From Ascoidea asiatica JCM 7603 (Eukaryota; Fungi; Ascomycota): 64,000 nt of DNA. The notes under the pieces are model-generated. The model ran no database searches. It had not been told where the DNA came from and was given only the letters and a program-made list of their open reading frames with translations. The stretch covers positions 2,165,857-2,229,856 of the forward strand of contig BCKQ01000002.1 of assembly GCA_001600695.1 (NCBI GenBank). Reading direction: 5' to 3'. Positions 1 to 11,200 of the stretch are shown here, piece by piece. Positions within the stretch are counted from its first letter, which is position 1. Each line of letters opens with the position of its first letter. The translations under genes were made by a program, and so were the position numbers.

Positions 1-243
1 ATCAATAATAATAATAATAACAATAGAAGTAGAAGTATAAGTAGAAATGGAAATGGAAATGAAAATGGAAATGGAAATAGAAATATAAGCTCACATATAA
101 ATGAGATTGAAGTTAATGAAAATGAATCCATTAATAGAAGTGATAAAAGTGATAGAAGTGACAAAAGTTTCAATGATCTTAATAATGATCTTAAGAGTTA
201 TGAATCTAATAGTAGTGTAAGTGTTATTATAAAAACTGAGTAA
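1..243 (+). CDS. 3' end of a CDS entering from the left (low-complexity Asn/Ser/Arg tail)
   Basis: Frame 1 is open from base 1 (INNNNNNNRSRSISRNGNG...VIIKTE) to TAA at 241-243; composition matches other coding tails in the window. Confidence 0.6.
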   Translation: MNNNNNNNRSRSISRNGNGNENGNGNRNISSHINEIEVNENESINRSDKSDRSDKSFNDLNNDLKSYESNSSVSVIIKTE

Positions 244-353
244 ATTATAAGTAATTAAATTTATTATATGAAGAATATATAAACATATATATATATATAC
301 AGTATATAAGTATACATGTAAGTAAGTATATAAATAAGTATATATGAATAAAG

Positions 354-1412
354 TTAAATTGATTTTTTATTTGGATTTGAAAATGGTTTATCTAAAGCTT
401 TATAAGATACTTGTAAAGAAGATAACCAATTAAGAGATTGTAATAAGACAGAAATTATTAATAAAGATATTAAAGTACCCATGAAAATACCTGGAGAAAA
501 AAATTGATAAGTTTCGAATAAATTACCATTACCATTTATATTTTTAGTAAAATTTGAGTTTAAATTTGAGAATGAAGAAGATGAAGAAGTTAATTGTATA
601 TCAATTGTTTCTTTAGCATCATTATAATCATCTGAGATATCATCTGAGATTACATTTGAAACATCATTTAAACTATTTGGATTTTCATTTAAATAATCAG
701 TAATTTCTTGAGATAATTCATTTGAATCTTCTTCATATATTTCATCATCAATATCTCTTTTTGAAAATTTACTTGATAATTTACTTGATAATTTACTTGA
801 TAATTTATTAGATAATTTATAAGTTAATTGATTTTTGAAAGTATTTTCAATAGAAGGTACACCTTGAATGATTATTGAATAATCATTATTATTAAGTAAT
901 GAATTGATGAAATTAATATCATTATCATTAAGATTTTCATTTAATAATTTAATTATAAATAAATTTGAATCTTGATTTTGATTTAATTCATTTAAATTTT
1001 CAAGATATTTAAATTCATTTAATTGATTATTTAAATTTTTTAAATCATTTGAAGTATAATGAACTAAATTTGAAATAAACTGAATATTATTATTATTATT
1101 ATTATTTTTAATAATTGGTAAATTAAATTGATTTAAATTTTTTAAATTTTCAATTTGAATAATTGTAAATTTAATATTTTTTTGATCCTGAGATGTAAAT
1201 GAATTTATTTTTTTAAATAAATTATTTGAAATTTGATTAAATTCCATATAATTTGAAAAATCATTTAAATTTAAAGAATCTTTGAATTCAATATTTTGAT
1301 TATTTAAATTTAAAAAAATTGGGGAAGTATCAATGAATGCATTAGATAAAGATAAATTGAATAAACTTAATAAGAAAATACATGATAAAATCTTGAAATT
1401 TGGAGAAAACAT
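354..1412 (-). CDS. VOA1: V-ATPase V0 assembly factor Voa1 (Ac45/VOA1 family)
   Basis: Signal peptide; C-terminal GNLFETYQFFSPGIFMG + TM helix + LNWLSSLQVSYKAL typical of the Ac45-VOA1 TM domain; ends in KKSI dilysine ER-retrieval motif. Confidence 0.85.
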   Translation of the reverse strand: MFSPNFKILSCIFLLSLFNLSLSNAFIDTSPIFLNLNNQNIEFKDSLNLNDFSNYMEFNQISNNLFKKINSFTSQDQKNIKFTIIQIENLKNLNQFNLPIIKNNNNNNNIQFISNLVHYTSNDLKNLNNQLNEFKYLENLNELNQNQDSNLFIIKLLNENLNDNDINFINSLLNNNDYSIIIQGVPSIENTFKNQLTYKLSNKLSSKLSSKLSSKFSKRDIDDEIYEEDSNELSQEITDYLNENPNSLNDVSNVISDDISDDYNDAKETIDIQLTSSSSSFSNLNSNFTKNINGNGNLFETYQFFSPGIFMGTLISLLIISVLLQSLNWLSSLQVSYKALDKPFSNPNKKSI

Positions 1413-1642
1413 TTTTGAATTTGAATTGAATAATAATAATTTAAAGATATTTACAGAACATTTATCTTTTGAGAATTGATATTATTGTTCTAATTAATAT
1501 ATTAATAACTAATTCTCGATATTTCATAGATATTTGAGTAATAATTAATTTAATTGAAGCTTTCAAGTTCAAAATTAGTTTATTATTATTGTTGTTGATG
1601 CTTGGAATTAAAACAGCAGCCAAATCGACAAAAAGAAGAGAG

Positions 1643-1649
1643 TTACCCG
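1643..1649 (+). promoter_or_regulatory. Reb1-type site TTACCCG upstream of VOA1
   Basis: Exact TTACCCG ~230 bp upstream of the VOA1 ATG; the same motif occurs at 21104-21110 (upstream of CIR2) and 36672-36678. Confidence 0.45.
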
Positions 1650-1927
1650 TGCTTGAAAGACAGAAACTGCAAAATGACTCAGATGTTACGTAATCATCAA
1701 TTAATAAGAAGCCAGAATTGCGGATTTCCTTTATTTTGATTAGTCAGCGCTGACACAAGACGGAAATAAAAAATTAAAAAAAACTCCGGACCGTTCCAGA
1801 TATTCCATGCCACGGATACTCTTTCAACATCCTCGGCTAGCTTAGCTCCACTTCATTACTTTAGCTGTTAAAGCAATTACAATATTTCAAATGGGATTTC
1901 AACTGAATCTATTAACAATTTTAATAT

Positions 1928-2812
1928 TTAATTTCGTGAAAGATTTTGAAGTAGGTCTTTGATAGTATTGAAATTTGAATTCATTTCATGTTGCATGCTT
2001 TGTATTGAAGACTCTAGATTATCAATCCTCCTTTTTATCAAAGTTACTTCTTCTGAATTTATGACTTCTACTTTAACTGGCAACTGAAATAACTCTTTTA
2101 ATGATTCAAACTCGTCATTATTAGAATTTAATTTTCTTTTCTTTCTCCTTTTTTTATTTGAAGTACTTTCATCTATGGAATCATCACTGAATCCTAAATC
2201 GATTTCACCAGAATCATCAACATCATCATCATCATCATCATCATCATCATTATTATCACTTAGATCATTAAAGAATCTTTTTGCTAATTCATCCCCTGTT
2301 AATTTATGGTTATTTGTTTCTTTATCGTCATCTTTACTTAATTTTTTTTTTTCTAAAATTTGTGATTTTTCCGAAGTATAACGTAATTCCAATTGATAAA
2401 TTTTTTCTAAAGTTGAATTAAGTTTACTTCTTGATAAAATTCCACCACCTTTTCCAGATTTTATATTTGAAATTTCTAAAATTCTTGTATTTTTAAAATC
2501 ATTATATATTTTATGAAAAATATTACGTAATGTTCTAGATTGTTTATAACTAGTTTTAAATTTATTATTAAAATTTATTAAAAGAGTTGACCAACCTCTT
2601 TTTCTATCTCTTTTTCTAAAATCTAAAATTTCTGGCATAGATTCTTTAACTAATTGTGCTAATACAAGTTCTTTATCTGGTGAAAAAGATCTGAAACTAG
2701 TTGATTTTTGAAAACATGATTTCGAAGTTGATGAGGTTGGTAAACTAAAGGTCACTGGAGATGTAGATGAAACATTTGAAGTTGGCAATGAATTGGAAGA
2801 AAATGATTCCAT
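1928..2812 (-). CDS. Myb/SANT-like (trihelix-type) DNA-binding domain protein with acidic tract, NLS-like patch and C-terminal coiled coil
   Basis: FSPDKELVLAQLV...RGWSTLLINFNNKF...RTLRNIFHKI fits the Myb/SANT-like helix pattern; KKRRKKRK basic patch; RRIDNLESSIQSMQ coiled coil. Confidence 0.55.
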   Translation of the reverse strand: MESFSSNSLPTSNVSSTSPVTFSLPTSSTSKSCFQKSTSFRSFSPDKELVLAQLVKESMPEILDFRKRDRKRGWSTLLINFNNKFKTSYKQSRTLRNIFHKIYNDFKNTRILEISNIKSGKGGGILSRSKLNSTLEKIYQLELRYTSEKSQILEKKKLSKDDDKETNNHKLTGDELAKRFFNDLSDNNDDDDDDDDDVDDSGEIDLGFSDDSIDESTSNKKRRKKRKLNSNNDEFESLKELFQLPVKVEVINSEEVTLIKRRIDNLESSIQSMQHEMNSNFNTIKDLLQNLSRN

Positions 2813-3120
2813 TTTGATCTAATTTGAAATAAAACAGAAATATTGAGCTTTTGTGAATTGAGTATCGATAACTGCCACTTCTGACACTGTTATTTTGCTC
2901 ATTAAACGTCGCTTGGGTTCGTTGGTAACGCAGAATAAATATGAATCTTGCGCTGAAACGTGACTTCTTTTTTCTCGAAGATTTACGAAACTTCAACTCG
3001 AGAGAAATAAAAAAAAGGTTTATTTATTCAATTACAGATGTTAAATCAATCAGCGCTAAATCATAAAGTATTAAAAAGTATTGATCAATTTAATACTTTG
3101 GGAATAATATATATATACAA

Positions 3121-3151
3121 ACATACATACATACATACATACATACATACA
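3121..3151 (+). repeat. (ACAT)n microsatellite directly before the TAF11 start codon
   Basis: About 7.75 ACAT units ending at the ATG at 3152. Confidence 0.9.
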
Positions 3152-4906
3152 ATGTCTGAGAATAATAGTCTTATGTTACCTTCAGAGACCAGTATTGGAA
3201 TTGATGATATTCCTATACAAGACCATTCTCAATTGATTGATATTTCTTCAGATGGTTTAGATTTATCTGATGTTCCAATAGATGAAAATGCTGATTTGGA
3301 TGATGATCTAGAAGATGATGAATATGATGAAGAAGAAGAAGAGGAGGACGAAGAGGATGAAGAAGAAGAAGAGGAAGATCAATTACTTACTCAAATGAAA
3401 AATAAGAATAAAATAATCAATAATAACATTAATAATAATAATAATATTAATAATAGTTTCAATAATAATATTAATGCCAATAATATTAACCAAAATATTC
3501 AAATTAATCAAAATAATTTAGAACTTTCAGATGATAATAGTGAAAGTGATATTGAATTTATTGGTGCTGATCAAAATCCTGATTATATACTTGGAAATAT
3601 AAGACCTGCTAAATTACAATCAATTAATAAATCTTATAATATTGATATTCAACTAGATGATTCTCTGGATGATAACATTCAAAATAACATTCAAAATAAC
3701 ATTCAAAATAATAATCAAAATAATTCATTAAATAATTCATTGAATAAAAATATCAGTACTACTACTACTAATAATAATGATATAGCTAATTTTAATTTAA
3801 ATTCTAATAATTCTTTCAATAATCAAACTAATAATATTAATATAAATAATAAAAAAATTCCATTTACATATTCTCAAAATAATCAATTAAAAAATCCTAT
3901 CAACAATAATACCAATGATAATATTAATAATATAAACAAGAATAACAATAGCAACAATAATAATAATAATACTAAAAATCAAAATTTAAATCCAATTTCA
4001 AATTCAATTTCAAAAAATTTTAATTTTTCTCAACCAAATAAAAATCAAATCTTACCAAAATCAAAACCACAAACTAATATTCCACCAATATTAAAAACTA
4101 TCAATAACAACATCAATAATAATATTAATTTTCCAATTTTAAAATTAACTGATAAGGATTATAAAGATTTAAATTATAAATCTATTGATGATGTTCCTGA
4201 TGATCCAAAAGATATTGAATATATAAACAATTTATTATTTAATGAAGAAAAAATGAATAATTTAAGAGATACAAATTATTTAATTCAAAAGAGAATTTTA
4301 AATCCAGATTTCAAATTAAATAATTCAAAAATTAATACTAATTCTAACTCAAATTCTTCTGCAGATTCAAATAATTCAAATAATTCAATTGAATTAAATA
4401 ATATAACTAATTTACCAAAAAATTTCAAAGAATTAAATGATAAAGAAATGAAAAATTTATTATTCAAAAATTTTACTAAAGAACAAATGGAAAAATATGA
4501 ATTTTTTAGAAGATCCACAATTACAAAAGGTTTAGTTAAAAGATTATCAAATCAATTAAATACTGTACCTTTATCTGATGATTGTACAAGATATTTTGGT
4601 TTAATTGCAAAACTTCATTTAATTGAAATTATAGAAAGATCAATAAAAATTCAAACTCAAAATCAATATTTAAAATTATATGATGATTTAAATTTAAAAA
4701 AAAAATTAAAATTTAAAAATTATTTAAATGAATTTTCTGTTAGAAAATATAATACTGAAAATCCAAAAGCAATTCCAAAAAGGTTTATTCCAATTAAAAT
4801 TCCTGAAATTAAATTTCCAACTGAAGATGAAATAGGTCCTTTAAAACCTAATCATATACGAGAAGCTTATAGACAATATAAACTCGAAAATAAAAAAATT
4901 ATATGA
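3152..4906 (+). CDS. TAF11: TFIID subunit Taf11 (histone fold) with long acidic/Asn-rich N-terminal extension
   Basis: NFTKEQMEKYEFFRRS...GLIAKLHLIEIIERS...GPLKPNHIREAYR is the Taf11 fold. Start placed at 3152 because the upstream in-frame part translates a microsatellite. Confidence 0.85.
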   Translation: MSENNSLMLPSETSIGIDDIPIQDHSQLIDISSDGLDLSDVPIDENADLDDDLEDDEYDEEEEEEDEEDEEEEEEDQLLTQMKNKNKIINNNINNNNNINNSFNNNINANNINQNIQINQNNLELSDDNSESDIEFIGADQNPDYILGNIRPAKLQSINKSYNIDIQLDDSLDDNIQNNIQNNIQNNNQNNSLNNSLNKNISTTTTNNNDIANFNLNSNNSFNNQTNNININNKKIPFTYSQNNQLKNPINNNTNDNINNINKNNNSNNNNNNTKNQNLNPISNSISKNFNFSQPNKNQILPKSKPQTNIPPILKTINNNINNNINFPILKLTDKDYKDLNYKSIDDVPDDPKDIEYINNLLFNEEKMNNLRDTNYLIQKRILNPDFKLNNSKINTNSNSNSSADSNNSNNSIELNNITNLPKNFKELNDKEMKNLLFKNFTKEQMEKYEFFRRSTITKGLVKRLSNQLNTVPLSDDCTRYFGLIAKLHLIEIIERSIKIQTQNQYLKLYDDLNLKKKLKFKNYLNEFSVRKYNTENPKAIPKRFIPIKIPEIKFPTEDEIGPLKPNHIREAYRQYKLENKKII

Positions 4907-5225
4907 TTAAAATAATTATATTAAATTGAATTGGAAATCAATCTGATGATAAAAAATAATGATTAATGCAAACTAAACTAAAAGACTTTTTAGGAAAAAA
5001 AAAATTATGAATGCACTCCAAAAACTAAAAGTTTTAATTCTCCTAACAAAAAAACAATTCAAAAAAAAAAAAATTAACGAATGTCAAATAAATAATAAAT
5101 AAAAGCATATTTTCAAAAAAAAAGGATAAAAAAAAAGTAATTTAAACAAAGGAAAGAAATAAAAGAATTTAAAAAAAAATAAAAATTCACCAACATTGAA
5201 TTATTAAAGAAAACTAAAACTATTC

Positions 5226-8200
5226 TTAATTTCGTTGAGAAAAGCCTTTATACTTTTCTTCAGCACTAAGTCTTTGTTCAGGATCTAGTTCATTTGTAAC
5301 TCCTAACAAAGCTTTAGATAATGCTTCAGTTGCACCTATCATAGGTCTAATTAAAATCACAGGTGCTGCTTTTGCTATAGCAAAAGCTGCTTGTTGGGCA
5401 CCACTACTATTTGAGGCTTGATTTCCAGCATTTTGAACAGCTTTTTTGGCAACGATGAAGTTTTTTCCTAAACTATCATAGGCCAACTGAAATCCTTCTT
5501 TACTATTGAAGGGTTGATTTGCATATAAACTGATGGTTTTTTGATGCTCTTCACTGGTATCCCCACTTTCATCAGAATTGCTATCTAATTCAGAATCACT
5601 TTCTGAAAATACATCTGCATATACTAGATTATTTTTTTTATTAGCCCCAGAAGAATTCGATTCACTTCTTTGAAATGATTCATCTTCGTATTCATCTTCT
5701 GCAAAGGTTTCTAATGTCTGTCTATACCCCCTTGATTTTCCTCCTGTTGTTTCCATAGAGGCAAGTGAACTTCTACCAATTAACGAAGATGCCATGTTTT
5801 CATAAGTAGTATTATTTCTTCTTCGGTTAGATCTACTAGATCTTCTACTTTTTGATTTTGTTTCAACGGAGTCTTTGAACGGAAGCCTAGAAGAAGAACC
5901 TGATCCTCCAAAGGCCTCTTCAGCGTTCTCCAAAAATGTCTGAGTTCCACCAGCAACTTTCACACCAATTTTGAGAAGCTCATTTGTAGTTGTTTTAATA
6001 AATGTAACTGCACCTTTCTGTAAACTTCTTATCATCCTTCCATCTTTCTTATATTCATTTACTGGAATTATCACAAGGTCTTTCATACCTGTACCAAGTT
6101 TCATAACAGAAGGTGCTAATCCATTGAGAATACCTTTAATTTGGGTGGATTTAACATCGGGCATCCATAAATCGTTCAATAAATCTCCTAAAGCGGTAAA
6201 CCCAGAAACACCATAAAGCACTACTTTTTTCAAAGTGATATCGGCTCCTTCCAAAATAAAAAAATTCATAAACTCTGTAGTTTTTCCAGATGTGATTCCT
6301 GCATAATCAATTTTTTTAGGTTTGTAATCCAATTTAACATGAATCGAGTTAACTATTACTTTTTGAAGATAAATAATCTCATCATATGGAATTTCTAGAA
6401 TAAAACGACTATCTTTGAAACCAAAAAATCTAGTAACAAAATCCAATGTATCTTGATCAACATGCAATTTTAACGGTAAAACTCTAGCTTTCATAATCAT
6501 TTCGGTTGCCATTAGGTATGGAACTGGACGTACACATGTTAAAAGAAGGCGTATCATATTCACTCCTAGCTCTCTATCTCCTGCTTCTCTCATATATACA
6601 ACAAATTTGTTCCAAGTTGATGTTGGAATATTATCAACTACTTCGAAGTCTCGGACTCTAAAATCAAGATTGAATAAAACTTGAGAATCATCTTCATCTT
6701 CTTGCTTATTCTCAAATACAACAGATGAATCAGGTAGTACTGGATCTTCATTTGCGAACATAGTCATATCGAGTTCAATTTCATCTAATTCCACACTAAC
6801 TTTATGGTATTTAGACCTTCCTAATCTCAATTTTCTCATAGTTTTTTTTCTGCTAGGAGACCTCGTTGTCAGATTGCTCTTTTTTGTAATTGTGCTTTCG
6901 TTAGAAAACACAGAATTGTTATCATTCATATTGATATTTCGGTTAATGCTTTGAGCTAAATGAGAGGGATCCCTACCAACAGGTAAAGAAATATGAATCG
7001 AATCAAAAATTGTATGCCCAACAACTTCATTAGGATTATCATAATCCTCATCATATTCTTCATCAAAATCACCATCTTCATTAACTTTCTTGGCAAATCC
7101 ATATTCCCCTAACGAATCTCTACGGGTATCAAAACGACTATCGCGCCTTTCATCTAAGTTCACAGAATTTGAACTGCCATTACCCGAACTACTTTGTACC
7201 TGATTTGCACTAACAGCTTCCTCAACATCTCTTACAGCACGTTTAATAGTCATTCTAGTTTCCTTCCAATCGTAACCATCATACAAATAAAGCTCCAGTC
7301 TTGAAACGTTAAGGTATAAATTGAAAGGTGAAGGGTTTCCAAATTTATCACTAGAACTGGAAGACATACTATTCTTTGAATCGAAATGAGAGTCATTTAT
7401 AGAGATATTAGAACCTGAATCGGAAATTTCTGGATTTAATTTATCTCCAATCACAAATCTACGCCCATCATTCATTGCAGCATCAGATATATCTGACAGA
7501 TCACTGGTTCCATTAGAATCAGGATTTGCAGAGCCAGAAGCATAATAACTTTCAACAAATGCTAGAGGAGTTAATGGTTCCAAGTTATTTATATCATCAG
7601 CCGAATCGACATCACTAACAGTAACAGAATCAGGTTCGCTTACAATATTTTCTGTAGACCAACTTTCACCGAATGCATTTTCATCTATTCCATCAAAAAC
7701 ATCAATTGGATGTTTATATACATATTTATATTTTTGCTCCATTGAAAGATTAATTACCTGTTTCATATCCATAAGTAATGAACCTAATGTTTGGCAACTA
7801 TCAGCACACAACTCTAACTTCAATAGATCAATATTCAACTTCAAGTCTATTAAAGATGATATTTTTTTGTTCGAGTTTAAAATGTTTGATTCTTCATTTA
7901 TTACCGCTATACCTGAAAGAGAGCTAATATTTCCAATATAGATATATCCTCTAGAAAGAAAGCGAAAGCTTTGTGTCCATGTTGGTAACTTTGATAATCC
8001 ATTGTTCTTATTAGAAAGAGCCCACTGCCTTGGGCCCTTACTTTCATCATAGCTTAATAAATTGGCTGAATCATCGATTAAATGCAATGAAATGGAATGT
8101 AAAGAAAATTTAGTAACAGTTTCTAAACCTATCGAAATATCAGAGTCTCCCTTGTGAATTAATAGAAGTGCCTTACATGATAATCGCAATGGGTTCAATT

Positions 8201-11200
8201 CAATTGCACAATCAGAAAGCTTAATTTTTAAATCAATTGTAGAAAGTGATGATTTTTTTGTTTCAGTTGATGTAGGATCTTTTGTTGGGTTTTGTTGATT
8301 TTTCTGATCTGATGTAAAAAGAGAAAGCCAAGAGGTGTAATACTGAATCTTCATATTATTTAATAAAGTTCTAACTACTGATCCTCTTAACCTCAAAATC
8401 ATTACAGGAGTACCTTTACTTTCTGGATTTGCCATTTCAATAAAATTTTCTTTATTTCTGAATTCTTTCTCATTCCTGAAGATTCTATTTAATGCAATAT
8501 CTCCAACAACAATCTGAGCTGAACCATCTTTTATTAAGTTTATTTTTAAACTTTTGACATTTCCATCAATTGATCCAAATTTGCTGAAAGGGTTTATATA
8601 ATCATTAGAAACGTTATATAAAGAGGTATTATTTCGTAAAAATATATCAATATTAGAAATATTTATATGAAATTTTATTGTTCTGGAACCATGAACTGAT
8701 ACGGTGTTACTCATTCTAACCTTTCTTTTATTGTTTGATCTATTCCTTGAAGAGCTTAGACTGCTTTTGAATTTTATTGGGGTTGAGGAATGATTAGATG
8801 ATTTTTCTTTATTAGCCAGATGGTAAACATCATCAGATAAATCTGAAACTAAAAAAAGTAAGGCTAATTTGAAATCTTCAATTAAAGTGAATAATTTATC
8901 TAGATTACAATCTAATTTAATATTTTTAATATTAAGTATTAATGAAGTCGATAAAATTAAGTCTTTGTAATTTGAGTCATAGCATTTTATCTCTCGATCA
9001 CTCAAAAAGCTTAATAGATTTAAACCAGTTATTGAGATTATTTCATCATTTTCAAATTTATTTTTTATCGATATTAGAATTTTGCTTGAAGATAAATTTC
9101 CTTTTAAAGAATTATAAGAAATTGGTAAAACTGTGAAATTTATAAATTTATTATTTATTTCAATGTTTGAAGTTTTATTTGAGTTAATACTTGAATTAGG
9201 TTTCACTTTTTTATTGTTTAAATTAATGTTGATATTAATTAAAGAAGTTTGAAGTTCAATCAAAGTTGATACTTGTTTTTGATTTTTTTTTAAATTAAAG
9301 TTTGAATTGTTGAAATAGGAAGAAGATAAAGATTTATTTAAGTTAGAGTTTTTATGAGCTTGAGAATATAAATAAGATCTTGAATTTCGATTTGAGGTCA
9401 AATCATTATGAATATAGTTATCGTTAAAATTGTTATTCTTATTATTATTATTAGTATTATTATTAATATTGTTATTGTTATTATTGTGAATATTATTTGA
9501 ATAGTTGATATTGTCATTATTGTATTTAGTCGAAGATAAATTGGATAAGTCGGATAAATTAGGATCCTTTGAAAAAAAAGTAGAAAAATCTATTTTATTG
9601 AATAGAGGTATTAATGATTGAAATTGATTAGTAAAATTTAATAATAATTTTAAATTTTGTAGATCTAAATTTATATTTAAATCTTTTGAACATAATATAG
9701 TAAATTCATTATTAGTTAAATCTTCATTATTATTGTTGTTAGTATCATCTAGATTGTTATTAAGATTATTATTAATATTGATATTATTATTATTGATATT
9801 ATTATTTTTGAGATATTGAAATCTTATATCATCTAAATTGTTGTTATTATCATTGTTATTATCGATAATATTTTCATCTTTGAAACTTAGTAGGTAATCA
9901 TTTTCATTATCTAATATTGATAATTTTTTTAAGCCACCGAAAATTAAAGAAGTATTAATTTTTTTATTTATATTTAAATCTTGTAATACTATTCGTAAAG
10001 TATTTGGTAATGAAAAAGTACCATTATTTAATAAAGCTGATTTTAAATTTATATTGATTTCATTAATTGTAAGTTTATCAAAAAACGAAAGATAATCATT
10101 AGGATCATTATTATCATTCAGATCAGTATCTGTGTCAATATCATCATCATTATCATTCACTTTTTTAGTTTCATCAATTGGAATATTGATATTGCTTTTT
10201 TTCATATTACTGTTATTATTATTGATAATATTACTAGAATGTAAATTTTTATAATTTAATTTTTTTGAATAAATTAATTTTTTAGTTAAAGATCTTGAAA
10301 TTTTAATTAAAGAATTTAAGATATGATCAAGTGATAAAGGTAATGGGGTTAAAGGTAAATTAATTTGATTTATAGTACAATTTAAATTTTTAATATTATA
10401 AAAATCTTCAAATTGAATAATTATTTCATCAATATAAAATAAAAGAGTTGATTCATTATCTTCTTTTTCATTTTCATCATGAATGTTATTGGTTTTGTTA
10501 TTATTGTTATCTTGATTAGTGTTATTTTTACTATTATCATTATTTAAGATATCACTATTTGCGGATAGAAACATTGTACTATCTTCAATATCACTAGTAT
10601 TTGTTAAAGTTGATAAAAACATTGTATTACTTAAATTTGATTTTGATCTTGATTTAAATCTTGAATTTGAGTTTAATTTATTATTGAATTTAGTCGGTAA
10701 AGGAGATAAAATTGAAGAAGTTGACATGAAATCATCAGTTTCTGAGTTATTATCATCGTCGTCATCATCAGCAGCATCATCATCATCTTCTTCTTCTTCT
10801 TCTTGGGAAGTAGTATTATCAGTGTCATTGTTAATGTCAATATCATCATTGATTTCATTTTTTAAATTTTGATCTGAATTAGATAAGAGACCATTATTTA
10901 TAATTGAATTATTTAAAGATAAAATTTTTAAACCATTAATAATAAATTTATTTAAATTATTTATTGAATTGAATCTTAATTGATCAATTTTAAAAGATAA
11001 ATTTTGAATTGAATTATTATTAATTAATTTTATTGAAATATTAGTACAATTAAAATTTAATTTTGATAAAATAATTTTCAAAGCCTTTGAAAGATAATTA
11101 TTTGATAAATAGTTAAATGAGGAAGAACTAGTATTAGTTGTAGTATTTGAATTTGTATTGAAAGATTCTTTTTTATCTTGTTTTTTATCCTGTTTTGTAT

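Noticed and set aside
3038-3151. Longer TAF11 start in the ORF track
   Set aside because: The extension translates (AT)n/(ACAT)n microsatellite (IYIYKHTYIHTYIHT); 3152 is more plausible.
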